Of a DNA stretch of 64,000 nt, positions 41,794 to 52,500 are shown one piece after another. Made by a program: the position numbers and the translations under genes. Each line of letters starts with the position of its first letter. Position 1 is the stretch's first letter. The notes beneath the pieces are model-generated. The model was not told where the DNA came from, searched no databases, and was given only the letters and a program-made list of their open reading frames with translations. The stretch lies in the NCBI GenBank assembly GCA_009103225.1, contig RHPI01001616.1:188640-252639 (forward strand), written 5' to 3'. The DNA comes from Chlorokybus atmophyticus. Taxonomy: Eukaryota; Plantae; Mesostigma and Chlorokybus algae.

Positions 41794-44700
41794 ATGGCCA
41801 GTTGTCTGCAGCTTCCCCGCCTGCTGGCTTGCTCGTCTGGGGCCCTCCGCGTGCTGCGCTCCCGGACCACGCTGCCTCCGACGCCGCCGCTGCTGCTGCG
41901 CCAAAGGTAAGCTTGCCATGCTTGCCATGCCAATTGACACAACCATGGCCAGCCATTACAAGCATAATGCTTGTAGGCTATGCTCGAGCGCCAGCATGCC
42001 GCAAGAATTGTCAAACTGATAAGCGTGGCAAGCATGCTTGCGATTTTGGCTGGCCGGTCGTCAGCATGCTTGGCAATAGGCATGCGTCATGACCATGCTT
42101 GTCATGCCTCAAGCATGCTTGACGCATGCTTGTGTCTGGGATGGCCATGCTTGTGATGTATGGCATGCCCATACTACTCTTACAAACATGGCAAGCATGC
42201 TTGTAGGAGTGCTTGTTATCCAGCAGCATTGGATGAAGCATTGCTTGCAAACGCCATGAAGCTTGCTGCAAGCTCCAATTGTTAGCGTACACTCCCTTAA
42301 AACTGTCTGTCTGTGCAATTGTGTGTCTCGGCAGTGAGTCCCTCAGTTTGTTTGCGTCTGCGCCTCGCTTGCCAGCAGCCAGCGAATTTTCAAGGCAGCC
42401 CCTGCAAGTGAGTGAGCTCTGCTGTAACTTGTTGTTTGCTGCACACTGTGCTTGCTGGTTGGCTTGTGTGGAGCTTGAGCTGACAGCCATGGGTGTGTGC
42501 ATACTCTGTGTGTGTTTTGTTGTACTTTGTTCAGTAGAGCAGCAAGCAGTGGTTTCAGAGCGGATCTGCCAGGAGGTTTAAGCCCTTGGCAGCGGCGGTC
42601 GGCGGACCTGGAGGAGGGGGCGGAGCAGTAGGAGGGGGAGGGGGCGGAGGAGGAGGAGGAGGAGGAGGGCGTGGAGGAGGAGAGGGTTCTGATCAGCTTG
42701 GAGGCGGCAGATCTGAGTACGGCTGCTTTGGTGTGCTTTGCTGCATGCGTGCGTTGTGCAAGGGTGTGCATATGGTCCATACAATGTCAATGTTCAGTGC
42801 AATACAGCATTGTGTGTTACTGTAAGTTACTTTCAGCTCATGCTGTATCAGCACAATGCTGCTACCACATGCTCGAAGTACATGCATGTGGCACATTTCG
42901 TGTACGCGTATTGTACGATGAGAAGCAGCATTCGCTCACAGTCTCCAACCAGCCCAGAAGCCATAGCCATTGTCACCTTTCAACGCACAACACTATATAT
43001 TGCACAAGCAACGTGACCCATGAATTGCAAAACTTGGACAAGTTGTTGCTCGTGCAGTCACGAGTTGTGTGAGGCATCAGAGAAGCACTTATTCTGTCAA
43101 GGGTGTGTCTTTGTTGGGATTTCATTGTTCTCTGCCTACATCGTAATTCAACAATCTGTTCTTGCAGGCCCGGTGGCTGGTTTCTGCACGTGGGCAAGAT
43201 GATATTGCAAGCCTTGCTCTTCGCCGCAGCGGGGCTCGCCCTGTTTATAGCGGCAATACCTGCGTTGCTGTCGAGCCCATGGGCCGTGAACATACTGCTT
43301 TCGTACCTCAATAACACAATACCAGGTGAGCCGACGAGCTTGTGAAGGAGAGTTATACAACATGTCACAGGCTGATGTGTGTGCATGCGTATCAAAACTA
43401 TGAAGGCATTGCTGTATGGGGTGTTGATCACACGCATATGGACACGCATACACTCATGTACACACGTGCGCACACGCACACGCACACGCACACGCACACG
43501 CACATGCAAACATGTTGTCGCTGGCTATCATGCAGGTTCTATCAAGGTGGAGAAGGCGACCATATCATGGGGAGACCAGCTTAAGCTCTTCAACATTACT
43601 ATCTTCGGGCCCGATGGAGTAAAAGCTGCCACCATAGAGTCGATACAGACCGCAGCAAAGCTTTGGGAACTCGTCACACGCAGGAAGAGCCTAGGTACAA
43701 GAACTCAACATCAGACATGCATCATGTGATGATCAACACCTGTACGAAAATTACTTATGTTTACAGGTGGATCGGTGATCAAAAACCCTACGCTGGACCT
43801 GTCTTTGAACCTGGATGACCAGCCCAGGCTGCTGGCGGCCGTGTACGAGTCATCTGCGACGGCATCAAAGCCTCCAGCGAGCGAAACGCCGCCGCCGCCC
43901 ATGAAGCAGCAAACTGGCACGCTCCCACTTGTTGCCAACATCAACTTACCGGACGCACCCATCGTATTCCAGGTCTGTTCTCAAGTCCATGCCAGGGCTG
44001 TTGTCAACTATGCTATGCTCTGCTATGCTGTGCTATGCTAGTTGCATGGTATGCTCATGTTAACCTCCGCTCAGCTATGTTGGACGTATGTTGTGCTATG
44101 TCTCTATGCCATGCTATGCTAAGCCAAGCTATGCTCCACACCTCTATTGTGCTATGCATTGCCTTGGTTGAGTTGCTAGACGACGTAAGGGTTAGATGGG
44201 CGACTTCTCAAACCCCCAACAACGCTGGAGAGGGTGCCAATTAAGATTGAACGGCATGCAGACCACATGACGGGCAATTCCAACACGATGACCAACAAAG
44301 CACTCAAAGACCTGGCATATCGCCTCGGCGCTGAACTGGCCGAGATGATGGCTTATCATCTCGGCCACTTACTGCCGAGGTTATGAGCCAACTCTGACAG
44401 TACTTTGTACGTCGCGGTGTTGTCATTGCCCGTCATGTCGTCCGCGAGTTGCTCATTTCCCTTTCCACCCTTTTTAGCGTTGCAATAATTTCAGTGTGTC
44501 TGGACCCAGGTCACACTCTCGCAATGCTTGGCGTCTTTGATAGCATTGACTTGGAATGAACCGTTTCAGGGAGGCTCATTGATCATGCCGGTTGAAGCCA
44601 TCGATTGTCTAGGGGATGGTCCAGTGATCCTTGACGTGACAATTGGGCCGCCCGGGACGCAGCTTGAGGACGAGGCGGCGCATGTGAGCTCTGAGCTGTC

Positions 44701-46179
44701 GACGCAGGACAAAGCCATCGCCTGGTTCAAGAGCTGGCTTGGGTTTCGCCGGCCGCTGTTCGCGCGACTCTCGACCAAACACTCCAAGATGGAAGTCTCT
44801 GGAAGCATCGACTTTAGCGGGATCGTGTACACAGACAAGCCTGTGCGCGCAAAGGTACGAGCTGCATTGGCACTGACTACATTATGCGAGCTCGTGCAGG
44901 TGTCATGCTCCATGCGGTGTATTGTCAAACACTATCTGCATTCACTTGTTGTCCATGACCACACATAACAGGCTTGTCAATGCATGTTGGCGTTTATAAG
45001 CAGTGTCGGTTCCTCACACCTACCAACAGATCCACCAACTCACAAATATGTATGGGCTTGGTCTTGATGGTCATACAAGCCGTATCCTGTACATCTGTCT
45101 TGCCTTCTCCTTTTGCAGCAGGCTATTGATGCTCACAAAACCAAATCTGTGGTTGTGCGATGCAGCTGGACGTGACGACGCCTCTTTGTCGGACAGTCCT
45201 TGCGAAGGTCAATCCTTTGCTTTCAGATGCGGTCTCCGTGGACCCGCACTGGGGCGAGCAGATGCAGGTGTTGGTGAAGCCCGAGGGTGGGATGATCCCC
45301 TCCACCATGTACAAGGCCAGGATCCTGCCCATGCGGCTGGTCATCGAGCAGGGCAGTCTCATCAGCAACGCCCTCAACATGCTCAATGCCAAGTCGGCCG
45401 CACACGGGCCCACCACAACTATGATGACGTCCGCAGTCCACGCAGAGTATCACTCACAATCAGGACTTGTAACTTCCTCTCGCCTGGACGTGCGCGTGGC
45501 AGGTATGTTGGATGCATCTCATGATGGATGCATCGCATGTTCATGACCTGGTTGTGCATTGCAGTAACCAGGACTGAGTTGCTGTTAATTGTGGTGCAGA
45601 TGCGGTGCAGTTGGCGGCGTGGGGTGAGACCGACTTGAACACGAGGAAGATCAGCATGACGCTGGGAGTGCCAGCGTACTCGCTGCGGAGATGGACGGGC
45701 GTGAAGAACTTGCCCGAGGACTACGTCCTTCAGGTAAGGAATACATGCCCCTTACCTTGTCAAGTTGTACTTTTTCTCTAGTGACCGCTCAGCCCGACAC
45801 ACATTGTACAGAGCATCAAATGGTGTATGAGTGTATAGGTGCATCTGGGTGGGACTTTGGACCAGTACCGTGTGGACTGGGGAAAAGCAGCAAAGCAGGT
45901 GCTGGTTACTCCTTGCATGCTTTCATTATCTTGATGCACAGCATAACCAACCCTACAAAGCACATACGGTTGGGCACAACTGCCGGCGAATAACTACTTA
46001 CACAACTCCGTTTTACTTGCCAGATTGCTGGACTTGTGCTTAGAGGCGATGAGCGTCCGCGAAGTAACGACCTACTCGGGAACCTTCTCACTGCGGGAAA
46101 GATACTGGCGCCGTCCCTCGAGGAAGGCACGAAGGCACCCCCGCCCACTCTGCCTCACCCTTGGGAACAGGAGTACTAG
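41794..46179 (+). CDS. Uncharacterised AsmA/TamB-like protein, probably plastid-envelope; 11 exons
   Basis: All 11 GT-AG exons join in one frame: transit-peptide-like start, polyGly, TM helix (LQALLFAAAGLALFIAAIPALLSSPW), LNNTIPGSIKVEKATISW, beta-rich body, LAKVNPLL, SRLDVRVA|DAVQLAAWGETDL..MTLGVP..LPEDYVLQ|VHLGGTLD..IAGL..PPPTLPHPWE. The family assignment is from motif recall. Confidence 0.75.
41906..42260. repeat. Array of CAAGCATGCTTG/CATGCTTG palindromic units in intron 1 of the AsmA-like gene
   Basis: More than 10 (G/C)CATGCTTG or CAAGCATG units in ~350 bp. Confidence 0.75.
44005..44160. repeat. Degenerate (CTATG)n satellite in intron
   Basis: ctatgctatgctctgctatgctgtgctatgctag..ctatgccatgctatgctaagccaagctatg. 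Confidence 0.8.
44220..44482 (+). ncRNA. Long imperfect intronic fold-back; candidate pre-miRNA/hpRNA (or old MITE)
   Basis: 84/83-nt arms (44266-44349; 44355-44437) around a 5-nt loop, plus a 17-bp basal helix (44220-44236 with 44466-44482). Symmetric mismatches, G:U pairs, a single bulge. Confidence 0.55.
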
Positions 46180-47313
46180 AGAGGTGCAGCATCTGGTCTA
46201 TTGCTTGCACACATGCATGCTGTGGTGAGGTGCACTTAGAGAGAGAAGAGCACAGGTGGCGGTGGTGTTAGCATTGCGGACAGTTGTATAGCTGTTTCTT
46301 GGGGGGTCTAAATGGACCTTGCTGTTAGTTAGATAGGAAGTTTCTGGGCATGTAAAGCACACAGATGGAGAATTGAGTTGCATGGCAGTACGACGGTGTC
46401 ACGCATATCTTTCCTGTTCCTCGGGAGCATTTGGAGCATGCGATGTTGGACCATGCCATGCACATGTGTACACACATGCAGTTGTAGTTGTCTGTGAAAA
46501 GCCATTCCTATCGTTGGCGCAGCAAACACCGGGTTTATACTGAGGTTTATTGTGTGGTTCTGTGCATGCACTTCGTGGCACACATGATTGTTTTGTTCTG
46601 CGCCAGCCCACTGTAGGCACAGAGATTGGCGTGTACACGTGTATGCAAAAACAGGGTAGAGTAGGTTACAACAAACCCTCAGCAACAACAATGGGTCCCC
46701 AGAGCTCCTAAGCTGTTTTGCTTAACTCTTCGCTCACAGATACAAGCACAAGCACGAGAAACAGTGCACAAGAGAAGGTGCTAGTGAGTGTCGCAGACAG
46801 GCACAGGAGATGTGCGTGCATAACTTGTAAGCTGTGGGACAAGTTGCTGCATCCTGTAGACCAACATCATAAGCGTCTGGCACAGCATGCCTTGGTAGTG
46901 ACATTCTTCCGTATGCCATCAAAGCAACCTGTACATGTATGCCAGCACAATGCGGAAGCAGGCAACCTGTTTTAGCCGTAACTGTTATTGAGCGTCACAG
47001 GGCAGGTGATGGTCAACTCATTTGCACATCGCAACGACTCTCATGTCGGGTCATACGATCCATGAGCTGCACACAGTGCATCATGCGACAAAGGGTCCCC
47101 TGTCACAAACAACATGGCAGGGACATCAACGAATCCATTGCACACAGCAGGGGCGCAGACTGCCAAGAGAGAAGCAGGGCGGCGGGTGGAGAGAGAGCGA
47201 GAAAGCAGAGGGAGGGGGAGTCCGTCTGCTTTGTGCTGCTGCCACAACTACAGCCACACCGGTGCCTAACTGTGGGGACTCTACTTGTGTACAGGTAACT
47301 ACGCATGCATGTT

Positions 47314-47375
47314 GACTAACGGGGCAAGGGCTTAGCGAAAGTAGCTACCTAATTTGTATAGGTAGCCCGGTGGTG
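47314..47375. other. Recurrent 3'-flank element GACTAAC(R)GGGG-N~35-TAGCCCGGTGGTG (other copies at ~18737, 27460, 37649-37819, 55084)
   Basis: Exact TAGCCCGGTGGTG at 27512, 37807 and 47363, each preceded by TAACGGGG. Variants at 18737-18798 and, reverse-oriented, 55084-55151. Confidence 0.65.
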
Positions 47376-47849
47376 TAAGAAGTTGTTTGCTAGCGTGTGC
47401 AAGTGTGCGTGTGTGTGTGCATGTCATGTTCACAATGCAATGGGGTCACATGCATAACATTGCATATATGTTACACAGTCATGGGGCAAACGACACAAAC
47501 AGTTCGGGGGAACACTGGTGACCAGAGCAACTCCTCACCGTTGACAGGTATATGCATACATGGAACAAGTGTCCAATCGACACATCCTGCCTGTTTGACA
47601 GTAAATGCAGCTGTGCCGCAATCTGCGCAACCCTCAACTCAGAATGCAGCAAAAGGCGTTGTTGCTGGCTCGACTCTCTAGCGAAGGCTACCCCACTTCA
47701 CCCAGCATGAGACAGTGACCCTGCTGTGCCGGCTTCAGCCAGGACAGGGTACAAACATTGCTGCTCACTCTGGTTGGTCCCTCTCAGCGAATGACTTGAT
47801 GTTGCTCCCAGTAGCTGTTGCCCCAACAACATACAATATGTACACAACT

Positions 47850-49159
47850 CTACCGTCCGCGGCCACGACCACGGCCACGGCCACGACCCCTGCCCCTTCC
47901 AACAGGCCGGCCTGCAAGCAAACAAACACTTCAGATCACTCGCACACGCGCGCGCACCAAACAACATGCGAGAATCATACACGCATCTCAACACTTACCA
48001 GGTGCTTCTTTCTTTGGCTTGATCTTGGGTGTATCATCGATGAGCAGCGTGTCCAAGTTGATGCTGTCCGGGAGAATGTAGTAGCGGATGTTGCTGCCGC
48101 GCACGCTGAGGTGGTCTAGAGATATCGGGTTCTTGCCTTTGGGTGTAAGCTTGACTGTTTTCAAGTGCGTGTTCATGCTGATGTCCACACCTGAAAACAC
48201 ACGCGCACATGTAAGGAAGAAGAAAGACGTGTACAAGAGAAGTAGCCATAGTAAACCACCTTGACGCAAGCAACTCACCCATTATCGTCCCGTGCACAAC
48301 TGTGCCATTTTTGAGCTCGATTACAACTGTCTCATTGTTCAGCTTCATGAGAAACCTGCAAGAAAGCGCAGTGTGAGATTGAAGCCATTGGCATAAGCGC
48401 GATGCACGCAAAGCTTTGATATCCTGTACACAACAAATGTGCAACTCCCACGCATGCACTGGTTGCAGCCTGCATGTCTCCGCGGGTAGAGACGCATATA
48501 CCAATAGAAGCATGCAAGAAGAAATACACACACCGCTCAACCAGTGCAAGATCGTTGCTGTTGACCAAGTGCGAATAGGCTGTCTGACTACTAATCACAA
48601 TTGCATGCACTGCTGCTTTATGGTAGAAGCAAAGTCCACCAGCAAGTGCACTCTGGCAGTAACTAACCGAAAGCTACAGTGAGTAATACTTGCAGAAAAA
48701 CGGCTTTGTGCCAGTCATGAGGCAGCCAACACACAAGCGCAAACGGGCGACGGCAGGTTGCAGCCTATTGACAACAACATGTCAAGCTTTGCAACCACCC
48801 TTTCATACATCAACAGAGACCCCACGCACCAGTGCTGCAGCCGACGCGCGTTAGCGCCACATGTAATGAAGCACCATGCCATGCGCAAATGCAGATGTCG
48901 TAAACAGTACAAATATGCAAACACAGAATCAATCAACAAGCATCTAAGGGCCCACCCTGACAGCTGTGAAGATGCAAGCATGTCACACAGGCACACCAAT
49001 AAGTCAAGTTTATCAGCAAAACGCTTGCGACAACAGTGCTTATTAGTCATCAGATTGCGCAGCTGGGGGGAATGTAACCCAATGCCTGATGTCAAACTAA
49101 AAGCGCTTTTGCATGCACACAATCTGGTTGGAAAAGCTTTCTCACCTGACAAGCTTCAT
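47850..49159 (-). CDS. SmD1: Small nuclear ribonucleoprotein Sm D1, 4 coding exons
   Basis: MKLV|[26 protein letters not shown]|[34 protein letters not shown]..|[14 protein letters not shown]. Confidence 0.97.
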
Positions 49160-49544
49160 ATTGGCAGACCCCCCAATGCGTCTCACGCTGATGTGTCTTC
49201 AGTCCTTGTAAGTGTGATTCTCTACAGCAACACTGACACCCACGACCCTGACGACAAGGACCACCCCACCGCCAACCTCGCCGCCGCCACCACCGCCCGT
49301 ACAGTAGGAGTTAGGGTTTGTTTGATTTAGGGCTTTGTTCGGTTACGGATGCCCTGCGTAAACAAAGGGTAATCTGGCTTTGCATTACGACTTAAGGTCA
49401 CGTATTTGGTTACACGGAGTAACCCAAGAAGGAGTCGGCAGCGGCGGCGGTGCCGGCGGCGGCGGTGGTGGACGAAGAATGCAAGTGTATGCATGGTTAG
49501 GTGGGAGTCATGCGGGGAGGTCTCTTCTTTTCCCGGATCTATGA

Positions 49545-52500
49545 ATGTCTGATCGTAGAGGGCGGAAGCGGTCTGCCGGCGGCGAGACACTGGCGGAGGA
49601 CGGCGTCGGCGGAGGAGGAGGAGGAGAGGAGGGAGGAGGCCAGGCTGCCCTCCTCTCCCCTCCCATGAGCCCTGCCACGGGCGGCGACGCCGACAACGCC
49701 GCCTCGGTCCCCGCTCCTGCCGCAGACCAGCTTCAACCGCACTTTACCATCGATGAGATCGTCCAACATCCTTTGCCAGGGTTAGTGCCTGAGCTGAATG
49801 TTTAAATCACAGTCAGATTGTTACACATTGTCATTGTTTTGTCAGAGCTTGCCAAACTGCAACGCGCAGCGTCAAGTACACTTTGGCCGCTGTGATTGCA
49901 AACAGCCACTTGTTGGCACGATACTCATTGGTTTTTTGGTGTTGTGCGTACCAATTCACAGCATACAGCATGAGTTCTTCGTAGACTTGTTGCAGTGTTG
50001 TTGACCACTTCCGAAACGTATTTGCGTACCAGCAACTCTGTATTACCAAAACGTATGTAGCTCTGTTGGCAGTGACTGACCTCATAATTGGGATCATGCT
50101 TCTTAATCTACTCCAGTTCTTGCATTCTTCTTGCATGCTTGCGCCCTGCTCGAAGGATTGCCATTGTTGTGACTACTGAGAGTTGTTTGTTGTTATCCAT
50201 GGCAAGGGCTGCTGTTGCAAATGCCCTCACATTGATCAGTACATTGCACCAACAGAAATGGCGCATTGCAATTGCCATCTGTAGCATTGTTGCAGCCATT
50301 GCGACTGTTGCGTGCGTGTTCGCATGTGTGTGTGCGCGCACTTGCAAGCACTCATGTGTGTTTCCGCGCACACATGCGCGTGTGTGCATGTATCTATTCC
50401 ATGCAAGCCACGATAAGCAGTACAAGACACACTTGGTTTTGCAGGTACGTGGCCCCCGGTTCGATTGCATTCAGCCCAGGTGACACCCACGTGACGTATC
50501 TCTTCAGTCCGGACGGCGCTCTCTCTCGCAAGCTGTACTCGTTCGATCCTGTGACGGGCGAGCAGAGGCTGCTTGCGTCTCCTCCCGGCGGTGGCGTGGA
50601 GGAGGGCAACATATCCATCGCCGAACGCCTACGCCGCGAACGTCTACGTGAACGTGGGCTTGGCATCACGCGATACGAATGGAGCAAAGGGAGTAAAGTC
50701 TCACGCCTTATGGTCCCGCTTCCGGACGGGGTGAGCATACCAACATAGCATAGCCACACATGGCATGTCTCTGCTGTTGCAAGTTGTGTGTTCTTACCAC
50801 GTGTCGACTTGTTGCGGGTGTTGCAAGTTTATCGCATGTACATTTGCTGTCAATAAACATATCTGTTGTGTGTGATGTGCATACGCCAAGCATATTTCTT
50901 GTTGTGTATATGTCTGCCCACAAGAGACAATCGCTGGAATCGCACGTATACATTGGCACTGACATTTGCGCACATGAGTGCCATGGCCCTAGAAGTATGT
51001 GAAAAGGTTTAACAAGCAGTGCGTGCGTGCGTGCGTGCCCGGTGCGTGCGCTTGTGTGCATGTGTGTGTGTGCTTGCGCCTGTGTCGAAAGTGGGGTTGC
51101 TGGGCTTATGGTGGTATGGTTATGTGTGCGTGTGCGTATTTCAGGTGTATATTCAGGATGGTTTTGGTGCGGAGTTCAGGCAGGTAGTGCGTGCGGTGAG
51201 CGGTTTTCCAATCATGGAGCCGCAGTTGTCTGCGGATGGCAACAGCATCGCGTACGTGTTGGATGACGAGCTGTATGTTGCGTCGGCCACAGGAGAAGGC
51301 AAGCCCCGTCAAATCACGCATGGCGCACGGGGAATTGGCCTGGTGCGCGAGCACTCAACAGCGTATTGTATGTAGCTTGCACCGCAGCCATTCACTACAT
51401 ATTTGTTGGCTGCTAAGTTTCACGTTGTTTAAGCTCATGTCTGCGATTTTGTTCAAAGACTCACATTTGTGTTGTATGTATTTTTCTGCGCAGACGCACG
51501 GGTTGGCAGAGTACATTGCACAGGTAACTTGGTTTAGTTGTAACAAATTATGGGAAGATGTGGTATCTGCCATGCACACGCGCACACGGACACGCACACA
51601 TGCACGCACGCATGCACACACGCGCGCTCTTGAATGCGAGCACACGCACACCAGCACGCACTGCATGCATACGCACATATGTGCGTGGCTATGCTCACGC
51701 GCGCATGCGCAGCCACACGCATGCATGCGCGTGCTCACAGTTATGCGCTTGCACATGGGCACGCCGCTCACTCAATTGCCTTCTCCCACAGGAGGAGATG
51801 CAGCGACGAGCCGGGTTTTGGTGGTCTCCCGACAGTGAGAGAATAGCTTTTACTGAGGTACACCGCAACTCCCACATAGCATAAGAAAACAACACAGCAA
51901 CAAGCCTCATCCTGCCATGGGCTGCTGCACAATAAACATCACACCAAGCCCTTCTTGTACCCTTGCCATGCGTTTGTTGTCTTGCACACAGAGACAACAC
52001 ACGTCACTCTCCCTGGCAGGTGGACCCAACCAGCGTGCCGTTGTTTCGCATCATGCATCTGGGCAAGGCGTCTGTCGGTCCGTCCGCGCAGGAGGACCAC
52101 CACTACCCCTTTGCTGGCCATTCGAATGTGCGGGTTCGCCTTGGGGTCGTCCCAGCCACAGGCGGCGATGTGGTACGCATGTGTAGTAAGTGCGTCAGTT
52201 GTGATATGTTGAGAGTCTCACGGTTGTGTGCATGCCTGTGCTTGTGCGTGACTTCTGTTTTCAGGTTTGGATGAACTTGCATTGCGGGTCTGGAGGTGCG
52301 CTCGAGGAAGAAGAGTACCTGGCGCGGGTATCCTGGCTTCCAGACGGCTCACTTTCAGCACAGGTAGCGTGTCCACACATCAACACATGTAGGAGGCTAT
52401 GTGTCACCTGATACACCAGTAGGAGACATAACTTGCAGAGTATTGCTCATGCAGCAATAGAGTGATAGACTACTAGTGACCACTGTCACTAGTAGTGAGC

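Noticed and set aside
38364-46518. Shared 12-mer CCTATCGTTGGC at 38364 and 46507
   Set aside because: A single repeated 12-mer is expected by chance in 64 kb; no flanking similarity
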